DNA of 64,000 nucleotides from Lingula anatina (lineage: Eukaryota > Animalia > Brachiopoda), in contig CM120649.1 of the NCBI GenBank assembly GCA_051362555.1, forward strand, positions 8,618,001 through 8,682,000. The letters run 5' to 3'. The position numbers and the translations under genes were made by a program. The notes beneath the pieces are model-generated. The model searched no databases. It was not told where the DNA came from and saw only the letters and a program-made list of their open reading frames with translations. This document shows positions 39,001 through 51,989 of this stretch, in pieces (positions within the stretch are counted from its first letter, which is position 1; every line of letters begins with the position of its first letter).

Positions 39001-40644
39001 AGTATAACTTTAACTTGCACAAAAGTTTGAAAGCATCACGGAAGGATTATTGGGGAGGGGGGGGGGGGGTGCGGCAGGGCCATCCAGGCAAATTTACGTC
39101 TTAGAAGCACGCGAGCTTCAATGGAATAATGCTCGCCTGCAACGCGGGCAGTCCGTGTTTGATTCCTAACAGATGCAAAATCTGTTAAACTGACAACTAT
39201 TTTGAAAAAATGATGTGTATTAATCCTGTCTTTAGAAACGTATTCTTTGCACAAGGGAGTTTCCTGGGTAGACTACTTTATGGTACGGCAGCTATGGATA
39301 TGTTTGTAAATATATTACTGGGTGGCAGGCTTTGTCAGTTATACGCTTTTATAACTGTTCTCTAATAAATACAAGAAACTTTTGTTGTTTGTTTTAAAAA
39401 CTGCTTGTAAAAAAGAAGAACCAGAAACAGACCTCTTTTAGATTGTTTTACTTCGACCAAGTGTAGTATTGTTGTTCTCAAAAATTGCACATAGTTGGTG
39501 CCAAAATAAATCCTAGTTAGCATGTGGCCCATCCTTAATGCATGGCTCAATTTTTGGGGCCCACCCCTAGTCTTTTAGTAGACCAAATGAATGTAACCCA
39601 TCCCTACTGTTTCCGCCCCCCCCCCGGTACTTTATTATCATTCCCTCAATAAAGATAGGCCTATATAGAAATCGCTTTTTATAAGCACCTCAATATTAGG
39701 AATCGTTAATTCATAAAAAGGTAAAGGGATACAGAATACATATATGAATAATCTAACAGTGTGTAAAGGGTACACGTTGTCTGCCCACTGGGAAGAGTAC
39801 TCTCAGGCCCTTCTGGCTGTTACTAAATTCATCCCAGGAACGAGTTCGCAATAAGAAAAAAATTCTCCAGGAAAATCTCCAGGAAAGTCATATTTTTACT
39901 GATAAAAATATTATCGAATGATTTAATATCATAATAAGGATTAATTAAGATCGCCACCTTTGGAATCTCTAGTTTGAGCATCGCTTCCTGTCAACTTTAT
40001 TACTGAAGACAATCTAATTTGCATATAAGAGAAAAATGCAGTTTTTTGTTTGTTTTGGGTTCAATACACATTTTTTCATAATTTTCAAATATAAATGTTC
40101 CTTTTTCACTGAAACACTTATGAATATTTTATCACTACGCGCAATTTATTAGTTAAACAATCACAAATAACCATCATATCCCAAGTGTATATGACGTAAT
40201 CTCTCCCAGGTCATAAAAGTGTAAAATAGTGATGATTGCCGCCCAGCTGGTGAAGTAGGTCAATTGCCTGTATAATACTGCCATACGATTATCGATTTTT
40301 TCTAGTGTGGAACATTTTAGGGGGAAGATGATCAGAGAACTTGATCAAGTTACCAAAAAATATTTGACATAAATAAAGTTACTAAAAGCAAAGTATATTA
40401 CAATATTTTAGAAAGTTGAAAAACGGATCCCAATTCTTTAATTTCACAGTGCACATATTTTGCAGATATCGTGAGACATTTCTATTTCATCTGCCTCTCC
40501 CTAAAATGGCGCTGACCTCGTTAACTCTTCAACTCCCGGGAAATGCAGAGAATCCAGCACGTTGTGGCAGCATGAGAACCGATACGTACACATAGGAGCT
40601 GTGGTGAGTTAAGAGAGGGTTAATTCCTCGGCTCCAGGGCGTAA

Positions 40645-40706
40645 TAGCACGAAAATTCATGCGTTAGCACTCCTATTGACGATTCTGATATGTACTGTCT
40701 GTGCTA
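40645..40706. mobile_element. 62-bp mini insertion with 6-bp TIR and 10-bp flanking direct repeat
   Basis: CAGGGCGTAA-[TAGCAC...GTGCTA]-CAGGGCGTAA; absent from copy 1 at about 2750-2760. Confidence 0.8.
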
Positions 40707-40939
40707 CAGGGCGTAAATGAAGAAGAAAAGCTATGTGCTTCCACACTATTTCTACCCGGCAACCAGTTCTTGAGAACTATGAGTGGGTCACTTGTAGTGG
40801 ACAGTGGTCAACAAGTCAGGACGACAGTATTAGGGACACTCAGGTAAACTGACCATTAGTGATGGGGGTCATCAGTTGACCACAATACAGAGGTCACTGT
40901 CAGTGTCATATTTACATTTTCATAGATTTTTGTAGCAGT

Positions 40940-41994
40940 GCTAAGTAATAGATTGACCCCGAGTCAGCGAGGGTTATGTGGCATACACGAGTGCGTAGCA
41001 CGAGTGGATGTCACATAACCCTCGCTGACGAGGGGTCTATCTTACTTAGACCACGGTCCATTAACTTCAACAACAGTTCACGACATCACACGCAACTACC
41101 CCGCTATCTTCATGACCACATTATTCATCATGTTTGGAGCGGAGGAGGACGTCACCCTCTCTCAGCTAGATTTATTACCAACCCAATCGTTATATAAGGT
41201 GGATATCGATGCAGAATCAAAGCGGTTCGAAGAGCCAGTACATTCCGCTGAATTTGAAAAAATGGTTGCAGACAGAATTCCAACAAACACAGAAAAATAC
41301 GACCTGGGCATGTAATATCTTTAAGGTCTGGCGCACGTGGCGTAATTTTAGAACTGTCACTATGGCCGACCCTCACTGGCCTATTCCAACCCTTGAGGAG
41401 GGAAATCTAGAGATTTTGAACTATTGGTTGGCTAGATTCATAACGGAAATTAAGCACCAAGATGGCAATTCCTATCCGCCAGGTGTGTTTAATTTTTCTT
41501 ATCATTCGTTATTATCTTTTAAGTCGCAGCAGCACCCTGCTTCAATATTGTTAAGACATTTCAAATAAATATGCAATATTCGTGAAACAACTATATTTTG
41601 AATTTCAAAAGCATCGTGCGCTTCAGTAACTTCATCTTCAACCCAGCCTGCAAGCTCTTTATCGGCACCTCCAATGAAGCAAATTACGGAAAAGGACGAC
41701 AAAATTTTAACAATTGAAATACTTTCTGTTATTGAGAAAGTTGTAATAATAAAAAACGGCAAAAAGATAACTTTTGAAATATAATACAGCTTGTTTTTTT
41801 TTCTTTCTTTTTTCATATGTGGTGATAAACGCTCAGTCCCTAATTAACTTGCTTTCAGGTGTGTTTACGGTTCTGTGCTTCGATGAGTAGTATGTTTGTG
41901 TTTTAGCGGGTTATAACGCATTCATGCAAGACGTGCGGTTATGCGAGTTACACCACGTCTGAGTCTTTTGTTCTTCACTTCCACCGTGGTCTAA
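40940..41994 (+). mobile_element. Crypton-like tyrosine-recombinase element, internally deleted
   Basis: Absent from the paralogous site (about 2984). 41112-41483 encodes, with one frameshift, ..EFEKMVADRIPTNT-KNTTWACNIFKVWRTWRN..LNYWLARFITEIKHQDGNSYPP, the N-terminal core-binding region of Crypton/ZMYM-QRICH1-KCTD1 (DUF3504-associated) recombinases. Left-terminal hairpin; no catalytic domain visible. Confidence 0.8.
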
Positions 41995-43085
41995 ATTTGT
42001 ATATGATATCTTAATCAGTAATTAATTCTGCATATAAAAACCAGTGAGAGCAGAGGGATGGGTTGTAACCTTTTTTTAACCACTAAATTTCCCATGTTTT
42101 GAGATTTGATTCGTTCAAGTATATATTGATTTATTATAATAATTATTATAATTATCATTATGATGATGATGATAATGATGATGATAGAATTTCATTTGTT
42201 GACTACAGCTCAGCATTCCTTATGGTTAACTGATACAGAATGTTGCCAGTGTTAGGTGGACTGTTGTATTCACTTGATAACAACTTGAAATATTTTAATA
42301 AAATATTTGAAATATTTTAAAAAATGACACTCTTTGAACTGGGAGAGAAGGGATTGTAGAAATGCACCATGTGTGAATTGTAACAAGTAACATTTTACAA
42401 TCTATAGTGGAGGACAGACAAATGGAGCAAAATATGAATAATGATGATCTGCAAGTTTATTACTTGACATGCAATTGACATATTTAGTAATTAAGATTAA
42501 GAACTAATTTTTGCCCAGTGACAGATTTTATTATTTCATAATTTATTACCTCCACGAATCAGGATGTGTTTTTTACTGAGTTTGTTTGTTCTTATGATTA
42601 TCACTTTTAATTACTTGACCACTATCCACCTACCCACTACCCCAAACACTAAAAATATTCATACAGCATCTGTTTACCTGTTCCTCTGTGTACCCCACCT
42701 TTACCTGGAGGATAGGTGGTTACACTTTCATTAGATATTTAATAAAACTTTCTGTACTTGAAGTTGTTTTCAATGAAAAAGGAATTTGTTATAAAATAAT
42801 TTGTTAATTATTATCACACTAAAATATTAATAGAATGGATGAAATGTTTTAAACTTTATACTTTTTACTTTATATTTGTATATAAATATATATTCCTTGG
42901 GGGGAATTGTCTGGGGGAGAATTGTCCTGGGGGAAGTTGTCCTAGAATACTAGAAACATTATGCAAAAAGTTATAAATAGAGTTTGATGACATTTGTAGA
43001 AACTGAAGAGGCCAAGAAACAAAAAACTGGATTTTGGTTGTGATCCATTTCATAATAATTAGTTTTATAAATAAATAAAATAAAT

Positions 43086-43087
<2 letters not shown>

Positions 43088-43154
<67 letters not shown>

Positions 43155-43270
43155 AAAGGGCAAAAGAGAAAGAAAGAGACAGAGAGAGGAGAGTGAGAGA
43201 GAGAGTGTGTGTGTGTTTGAGAGAGAGAGAGAGAAAGAGAGAGAGAGGGTGTTTGAGAGAGTCAGTGAGA
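43088..43270. repeat. (GT)n/(GA)n microsatellite
   Basis: Directly visible; source of spurious ORFs 43065-43439. Confidence 0.95.
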
Positions 43271-43410
43271 GAGTTTCAGTAAGAGGAAGAGAACAGGGTG
43301 GAGAGAGAAAGGAGATAGAGAGTTCCTTCCCAACAATCAATATGGATGCCTTCGTATCACGTCCGAGGTTATTGTCGAGTGCGGAGACATCCGAGTAGTT
43401 CCGAGTATAG

Positions 43411-44630
43411 CACTGTGACATAAACAATTGTGGTTGCATTATGGGAATACATTGAGCATTGTGACATCAACAATTGCAGTTGCATTATGGGAATACATTG
43501 AGCATTGTGACATCAATAATTGCAGTTGCACTACGGGAATACATTGAGCATTGTGACATCAACAATAGCAGTAATTGTAGTTGCATTATGGGAATACATT
43601 GATCATTGTGACATCAACAATAGCAATAATTGCAGTTGCATTATGGGAATACATTGAGCATTGTGACACCAACAATTGCAGTTGCATTATGGGAATACAT
43701 TAAGCATTGTGACATCAACAATAGCAGTGATTGTAGTTGCATTATCGGAATACATTGATCATTGTGACATCAACAATAGCAATAATTGCAGTTGCATTAT
43801 GGGAATACATTGAGCATTGTGACATCAACAATTGCAGTTGCATTATGGGAATACATTGAGCATTGTGAGATCAACAATTGCAGTTGCATTATGGGAATAC
43901 ATTGAGTATTGTGACATCAACAATAGTAATAATTGCAGTTGCATTATGGGAATACATTGAGCATTGTGACATCAACAATAGCAGTGATTGTAGTTGCATT
44001 ATGGGAATACATTGATCATTGTGACATCAACAATAGCAATAATTGCAGTTGCATTATGGGAATACATTGAGCATTGTGACATCAACAATTGCAGTTGCAT
44101 TATGGGAATACATTGAGCATTGTGACATCAACAATTGCAGCTGCATTATGGGAATACATTGAGTATTGTGACATCAACAATAGTAATAATTGCAGTTGCA
44201 TTATGGGAATACATTGAGCATTGTGACATCAACAATAGCAATAATTGCAGTTGCATTATGGGAATACATTGAGCATTGTGACATCAACAATAGCAATAAT
44301 TGCAGTTGCATTATCGGAATACATTGAGCATTGTGACATCAATAATTGCAGTTGCATTATGGGAATACATTGAGCATTGTGACATCAACAATAGCAGTAA
44401 TTGTAGTTGCATTATGGGAATACCTGTACATTGATCATTGTGACATCAACAACAACAATAATTGCAGTTGCATTATGGGAATACATTGAGCATTGTGACA
44501 TCAACAGTTGCAGTTGCATTATGGGAATACATGAAGCATTTTAACATCAACAAGCGCTGCTGCATTTTGGTAAGAGATTGAACATTGTGACATCAAGTGG
44601 TGTTATAATGATATTATTGGGAATACATTG
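43411..44630. repeat. 46/55-bp minisatellite, about 23 copies
   Basis: CATTGTGACATCAACAAT(AGCAATAAT)TGCAGTTGCATTATGGGAATACATTGAG. Confidence 0.97.
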
Positions 44631-47600
44631 CTTTTTTCACTTGCTTATTATATTATTCAATCAGATGATTTCTTTGAATTTATTATTTTCTCTGTTTTAT
44701 GTACAGACACATTGTGCCTGTATATGTAGCCATTACCTGCATCTGTTGTAGTTGTCCCCAACATTTTTGTTGTCCCTGTGCACTTTCAGTGTCAACATGA
44801 TATTATTAAGTGGAAAACTGCTTGCAAAACTGATGAACATTCGTGATATACAGGCAGAATTCGAAAACCGGCATAATCCCACCAATTTTTTCAAAAATTA
44901 ACCTGTGTTTTTTTCCCCCCAATTTTTTTCAGCATGTATGCAATACAGGCAACACATTTCAAGGAAAACTGATAGGCCTTTTGTTTTCAAACTTACAGGA
45001 GTGACCAATGTTACCAGAGTACAGGTTGAATAAGAAAATCCAGTTATTCAAACTATTCTTCTGGAATTTATGCATATTTCTTTCAGTATTTTTCATCCTG
45101 TATGCAACACTGACAGCACATTTCAAGGAAAACCAATAATATTGTCTTCAAACCTTCAGGAGTGATCAATATTATTTTTATGCTTTTTTTTTTTTTTTTT
45201 TTTTGTATGTATTATAATATATGCTGTACAGATAACACATTTCAAACTTACAGGACTGATCAATAGTGTTAATATACAGTCCAAGTCTAAAAATCAGCTT
45301 GATGGGACCATTTTTCTTGAATTTATGTGTTTTTTGTTTTATTTCTCAGCATATACTCTAATTCTGGAACCATAAATGCTAGAGACCTCTTGTTTGCTGC
45401 ATTTTATAGAGCTTGTCAAGCGCAACACTGGAAGTGGTGTCATTTTTTGTTCGTTTGTATTTTTTTCGTTTGTATTTTGTATTTTTTTTAAAATGGTATA
45501 CGAGTTGTGCTGTATCAAAAAGTACAGTGTGGTGGTGAATATAAGATGTGAAATACGGTAATCACCCAAACCCAATATAGACGTGCAATTGATATCACAA
45601 GCATGTTATTTAAAATATTTACTGCACAGATTGCTAACTGTGTTTGATTATTTTAGGGTCCCACATGAAGAAGCTTGTATTAAATTTTCACTCTCCTGGA
45701 ACCATGAATAATTAAAAATAATTCATCATTTAACCCCAAAAAGGTACATACGTTACTGTCACAAATACAAAACGTCCAACTGTGAAACGTTCTACTCACT
45801 TTGAAAATTCAGTCATCACTGGTTTTGTTCATTGATTTATCTCCTACAAGTATAACGTTGCTAAAAATGATAATAATCTTCTGTATAGAGCAGTTAATTG
45901 TTTTTGAGCGACTTTAGTTTGCTTGTCACAGAATATTAAAAAAAATGGGGAAAATACACCCTACCGACAGTAAAATAAGCATTAAATAAAAAAATTTCCC
46001 TTCGTGATCCAAATACTATATCAGAAATGTCAAACTATCATGGAACCACAATATATTGTTCGGTCAGCAAAAGAAAACATTGTATCTCTTGCACACAAGT
46101 ACTTGAACAAAATGAAACATTTTGACAATTTTTCTAGGGAACGTATGTTACCTAGTATAAGTGATGACGCAAAGCCCCTTGAGATACAGTTTAAATATTT
46201 ATAAAAACGTCCTTACATCATGATTAATTTACCATGACTGAACCATTAAAAAATATATCGGAACGCGGCATAAAAATGAAAATTAAGTGGCAAGAACATA
46301 CGTTACCGTACGGTTTTTTGGAACATAAACATACGTTACCATTGAGGGGTCTTTGCATAATGTTAAAGACATGGTAAAATTTAAAAATTGAATTTCAGTT
46401 GAGACAGACTCACAGTCGTGATTTTTTGTTCTTCACACATATATGTTTTGAAATATTGTATACAATTTTGAATTCATTCATTTTTATGTATTTTCATATA
46501 GCCGTCACCTGCGTCTGTCGTCGCCATCGCCGTCACCGTGCACTCAGCGATAACACAATAAGTGGAATACCGTTTTACATTTTGTATTCAAATTTACAGA
46601 ACTGATGAATATTCATAATACGCAGGTCAAGTGCGAAAATCAGCATGATCGGGCCATTTTTAGGGAAGTTATGCTGTTTTTTCACTTTTTTCAGCATATA
46701 TGCAGCACCGATAACACGATAAGTAGAAAACCATTTTACTTTTTGGCTTGAAACTTACAAAACACAAGACAGACAACACAAGGCAGGTTGCGTAACAAGC
46801 GGTAATCACATCGATGTTAAGCCCAGCTCTCACTGAGCTCCTGCAGAGCAGGTACAATGCTATCTTCGTGCATGCAGATTTGATTGCTCCCATCTGGCCA
46901 AATGTTACAAGGTCGCCTCACCAAAAATGTCCACATAATAATAACTGTGGCCCTGGTAGAGGGTAGTTACTTATGATTCTCAAACTGTCTGAAAAGATTC
47001 ATTGGACTGAAGCACAGCTTGTGTTGGAAAAACAGTGTGATTGTTTTCTGTTTTGGAAGCAATGTAGTTCTTTATGAAATTTTTATTTCTTACATAGTCC
47101 TTGGTGTTATATGGATACAATGGATGGCCAGTCTGTAATTGTTCCCTTGGGTAATCACTAGCGTTCAGAACGTTTAGATCACTTGCCTAATTAAGTTTCA
47201 GGATACCATTAAATGAGATTACATAAAACACACATGTTGAGATTTCCATAGGTTTAGCTCTCTGCCAGATACTGTTTGTAATAGCCTAAATTAACAGTGT
47301 CACATAATTAGGAATCGGTGATAATTATGCAGGTAAATGTAGTTTAATATTGCAACTAAGTTACAAAAGAAAAAATATTTTGTGTAATGCCAACATAAAT
47401 GCTATAGATGAATAACACTGAATTATTATCTTCAAACTCAATGGGGTTATTTATATCATATGAACACAGCTAGATTAAAAGTTTGAATAGCAGCTTTATT
47501 GGAATATTTTTTGTTATTATTTCTTTTTTAATTTTTTTCAAACACTGGCATTTCAAGGTGTGACTTCGTACTCCCATTCACCTGAAGCTCTGTACATTTT

Positions 47601-47711
47601 CTGTATTTCCACACAAGCATTTGTATTGGTGTTTATGTCTTTAAACAATATGTAATATTATTTTATGTACTGTCATAATTTTTCACATATTGGGATTTTC
47701 ATTATGTGAAT

Positions 47712-47917
47712 TTGAACTCTCATGGTCCTGACACTGTAATTTTATTGACCTAATTACCTTTTATGCATGATTAAAATTCATTGTTGATTGACTGTTCTGT
47801 TATTCCATAATTACCTTGAACTCTCATGGTCCTGACACTGTAATTTTATTGACCTAATTACCTTTTATGCATGATTAAAATTCATTGTTGATTGACTGTT
47901 CTGTTATTCCATAATTA
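47712..47917. repeat. ~104-bp tandem duplication
   Basis: TTGAACTCTCATGGTCCTGACACTG..CCATAATTA occurs twice (47712, 47816). Confidence 0.9.
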
Positions 47918-47989
47918 TTTATTATTGCATTAAAATTGACAAAATGACCTATTTTCTGCATTTTTATTTTCTGCTTTTTGTCTGTACAT

Positions 47990-48095
47990 TTGACAGCTTC
48001 GCTGCCTTGTTTTTGTCTTGCTTTTCATACGAATGCACTTACTCCAGCTGGCGGTACAATACCCAGAGGCAGTATCACCTCTCTGGTCCTCTAGT
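47990..48095 (+). mobile_element. 3' end of a diverged member of the large HINE family; related internal fragment at about 45360-45560
   Basis: ATACGAATGC..CTCCAGCTGGCGGTACAATA..GAGGCAGTATCACCTC..CCTCTAGT matches 21011-21079. Confidence 0.75.
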
Positions 48096-49224
48096 AGGGT
48101 ACTTGACTTTTGCCTAAAATGCTTTGCCCTTTTGTATGTACTGTATTTGGTGGAAATAGTTTATTTCATAAGGCTGGGAAATATACTAGCATGGTCTCAG
48201 TTAGAAGTTGACTTATTAGAATATATTAGAGAAAAATGAAAGCTCATTGATATATTCTGATCAAGTAAAAAAAAAAATTTTTTTAGAATTTTGTACAGTA
48301 TACTCTGGATTGGAAGATGTATACTTTATTTTATTAAGCATACAGAGGAATCGTACAAAATATTGTCAAAAATATCAGTAATATCAATCATCATATAGCA
48401 TTTCGTAAGCATAAGTAAAATATGTACAGTGGGAAATAATCACAATGTGAGGAGGTCACTGAAGCATATTCAGTATATTCTACATATTTTCCATTACTTA
48501 TATACATGTATTTTTCCATTTCGAAATAGTTCTTTAGTTTATTTTGTAAACATTGAAAATTTTATCTTTTTTCATTCATTCTTTTTTCATATATATAATA
48601 CTTCATTACCAGTATGAGTATACTAATGGCTGCACATTTTGTATCATTTTTCAGAAACTATATCTGCTAAAGAAAAATTAATATTCAAGAGTGATTTCTC
48701 AATAAATATCAATTTTTTTTAATCTTCCCATAGTGGTTGAACCAAATCACAATAAAAGAACACGTTCAATGCTTTCATTTTCCTTTTCACAAAAAGAACA
48801 CAATGAGCTATCTTTAACCTTAATTCTTTTTAGAAAATCATTTGTTGCAATAATTCTATGTACTATTCTATATTGAAACCATCTTAAAGTAGTATCTTTC
48901 GTAAAGTAGAAAAATATTTTTATTTATCAAGGTCCAGTCTAAATTTTCATCAATATCTTTTTTCATCTCCCATTTAGCCTCAGATGCCAGTTTACAATAC
49001 GCATTATTAATCAATATATCATATATTGACCGCAATCCCTTAGATTCTTTACAGATTATTTCTATAAATTTAGGTCCGAAGGGTAGCGCCAGTTTGACGT
49101 TTTCTTCCCTTAGCTCTGGCCACCATTGTGTAATTGAAGTCCTAACTCCGAGAAATAATGTAAACGGACATTTAATGTCATACTGGGAACTAAATGTTTC
49201 AAAAGAATGCAGTTTTCCACTATT

Positions 49225-51780
49225 AGAGAGCTTTCGCACCAGCACGTTTAGGCGACCGACGACATTTAGCTATCCGTAACCTTAAAGTGACCAACGTTTA
49301 TTTTTTCGTGATTTAGCCTTTATAGATAGCCGAATTGTACAGTAGGCTAATACGTGTTTCCCGTGCTGTAAGCAGAGACATTAATTGAGGTCCTACCGCT
49401 GTTGACAGGTTAGGTAATATTTGCTGCACGCGGGTCACACGGGTCTTTGCCTTCCTGGACTCTTGAAAGAATTTAAAAGTTATATTGTCTCCTGTAGCAA
49501 AGTACTACTTGGTAGGTGGTCTTTTGGTCAACTGCCATACCTGTGTGTATGGCAATCAGACAAGTCGGTACTTTTAACTAGATCCTCCCACCGTGGAGAA
49601 CTATTTAGCATGAACTGTACAGGTGTAAATTGTGCGTATGAAAAATTAAAGAGTAAAATCTAAAATTCATACAGGAAGCAAACATTTATACAAATGAAAT
49701 CTTGAAATAAAAAAACTACTGTTTTAACAAAGATTCAGCCCTTATGTATTTTGTAGGCAGCAAGAGCCTAGTATGTGAGTTCAGTTTTTCTTTTTAACCA
49801 AAGACATAACCATCTCCATCATTTGTTTGTCTTTCTCAATTTGAGCTTCTCGCTCTTTCTTTTCTAATTCAAAGCGTTCTTTCTCGAAGGCCAACTTGTC
49901 TTTCAGGTAAGTGACATAATCTACTGATGAATCGGTGCGGCGCTTCTTAGTTGGCGGCATGTTGTCGCAATTTTCAGCTGAAAAAAATAAGTGTGTCATC
50001 AATTAAAGCAGCGTCAGTTTTTGTTTCTGATATAATCAATTTTTAATCAATATATTTGCTATTAGAGACAATTTCATGTATAGAAAGATGTGCTGTCCCT
50101 ACTTTTATTGCAATGGTCATGGTTATCCTCACTATCACCATCCACATCCAGATCGCCTTTTTGTTTCTTGACCTTGAGTGATTCCATTGCAGCCTGACGG
50201 ATCGCTCTGCCTTGGGCTTCCTTATCATCAGTGCATTTGTTATCTTCCTGCTTTTTGACCATTTTTTCTTCGTCAAGGTTTGCCAACTCTGTGAGCAACT
50301 GAGTCCGCTCATCGTACTCTTCAGCTGTTCCTGAACTGAAATTGAAATGAAAAAGTACATGAAGCTTCTTGGTTATGTGCAACACTGGTCTGGTTACACT
50401 CGAAATGTATTTCACACAAATCAATTTTCCCATGGCCCGAAGTATGTCATGAGGGTCTGTAGGCAGAAAATATGTTACAAAAAAGTGTTTTAAAAAGTGT
50501 TGATCTAAAAACATATTTAGAGTGCAATCCGCGTTAGGTATTTCAGTCTAAAGTGAAATTGACTGTACATACAAAATAAATCAATGAAAATGTGTATTAA
50601 TGGATGATAAAAAGCATGGCATTGCATACTCCAATTTAGGCCTGGAAATATCAATATCCCTGGAAAATGAAAGTACATGTATACATAGAATTGGAGGAGG
50701 GGACATGCAGATCTTTGGGGATTTGAATTACATTTCAATACGATATCTTTTCAATGTTAGGTTACTTATGCTCTTAGAGATGCCATCTCATCTTTCCTGT
50801 GTGCTTCTTGTAAAGTTCTCACACGATCCTTACAAGCTCGGAGAGTGACGAAGCTATCAGGTTTCACGTTCTTCAATGCTTCGTTGACATTTTTATGCAC
50901 TATATCCCAGGTGGCTTTTGACGAGGGTTGCGCTGCTACTACTTCACGTAGAAGAAGAACATCAAGAGCAGGGAAGAATCGAGTAGGCATTGTTTTTTGG
51001 TTGGAACATGTGGGCAGTTTGCTTGTAGGTTCGGTCGTCATTCTAAACGAGATGCAGCAAGTTGTTTTTAATTTTTGAGATTTTAATAAATGCAGGCGCC
51101 CATGCAGCTGATGCCTGCAGGCCTATTTCTCATCCCAAAAATTCAGAGTACACATTCATTCAAATACACAAAACAGGACGCCATGTGACTTTCGAAACAA
51201 GGCTTCATAAAATTTGCATTAAAAGTTTAGGAGACATGTCTCATGTCAACTAATGGAGAAAATCGAGCTACTAGTAGTATCTTACTAAACGTCACTTACC
51301 TTGCGGATATCCTGCTTGTTATGCGTCAAGTACAGACGGCTAGTCTATAGACCACTTATAAAGACGTGTACTCGTAACAACTGCTCACAAGATGATGACC
51401 TAACAGTCTTATAATACAATCCGTCACGCGTGCGGAAGGCCAGTTCTGACTGCCTTGTGGTCAGTGAAAAATACCTTTTTTACGGATATAACCTATATTT
51501 CAATAGTAAAAAAAATATAGACACAAATAACAGAGACAAAATGTTTCACATATATTGCAAAAAGAAAACGTTCAATATCATTTTAGCAGAGAAACGATCA
51601 ATTTTGAAAGGCTTGATTTCATAAAATTATGCTGATTTGTCAAACCGTTTTTCAATGATGGGTAGCAATCTAGCTGCGGATAATGTTCTCTCTAACCGTT
51701 TGTGTACACGTCACTAGACAGCAAAATATGATGACCTAAACTGAGTCATTCGCCTAAACGTACAGGTGCGAAAGCTCTCT
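49225..51780 (-). mobile_element. PIF/Harbinger-superfamily element (non-autonomous), 3-bp ATT TSD
   Basis: TIR AGAGAGCTTTCGCACC..CGTTTAGGCGA / TCGCCTAAACG..GGTGCGAAAGCTCTCT; ATT at 49222-49224 and 51781-51783; no DDE transposase ORF seen. Confidence 0.88.
49781..51041 (-). CDS. Harbinger accessory Myb/SANT-like DNA-binding plus coiled-coil protein (3 exons, 233 aa; first donor mutated)
   Basis: Exons 50770-51041, 50103-50335 and 49781-49977 join in frame (702 nt). Motifs DVLLLREV..W..V..CKDRV and ASLRA-SGTAEEYDERTQLL; NLS-like PPTKKRR; EKERFELEK coiled coil. The donor reads ATAAGT instead of GTAAGT. Confidence 0.75.
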
Positions 51781-51989
51781 ATTTTCAAACAGGTCATTTA
51801 CTATATTTACACTCCTATCATTCCAAGACTTGAAATAAATATCATTATTATCCACCATCACCTCTGAACTATTCCATATAGGCTTTTTCAAAATATCTTC
51901 CAAAGTATTTCTGAACTCGAGATACGAGGGTTGATTGATAAGTAGTGAGCCTCATATAGAAGGGGTACACATTTTACAAGTATTTTTCT

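Larger units (their letters stand above)
36910..42065. repeat. Segmental duplication, copy 2, with extra segments
   Basis: Colinear with 1-3060, plus segments absent from copy 1 (about 37060-37350, 37670-37890, 38235-38880, 40645-40716, 40940-41994). Confidence 0.95.

Noticed and set aside
42898-42943. G-run repeats GGGGAATTGTC (G-quadruplex-like)
   Set aside because: Most likely a fragment of a common MITE terminus; no other support.
42066-48300. Second copy of the CBM20 gene downstream of duplicate copy 2
   Set aside because: No LGxW, EWKF or WE..NR exons or micro-exon cassette found by eye in this interval.
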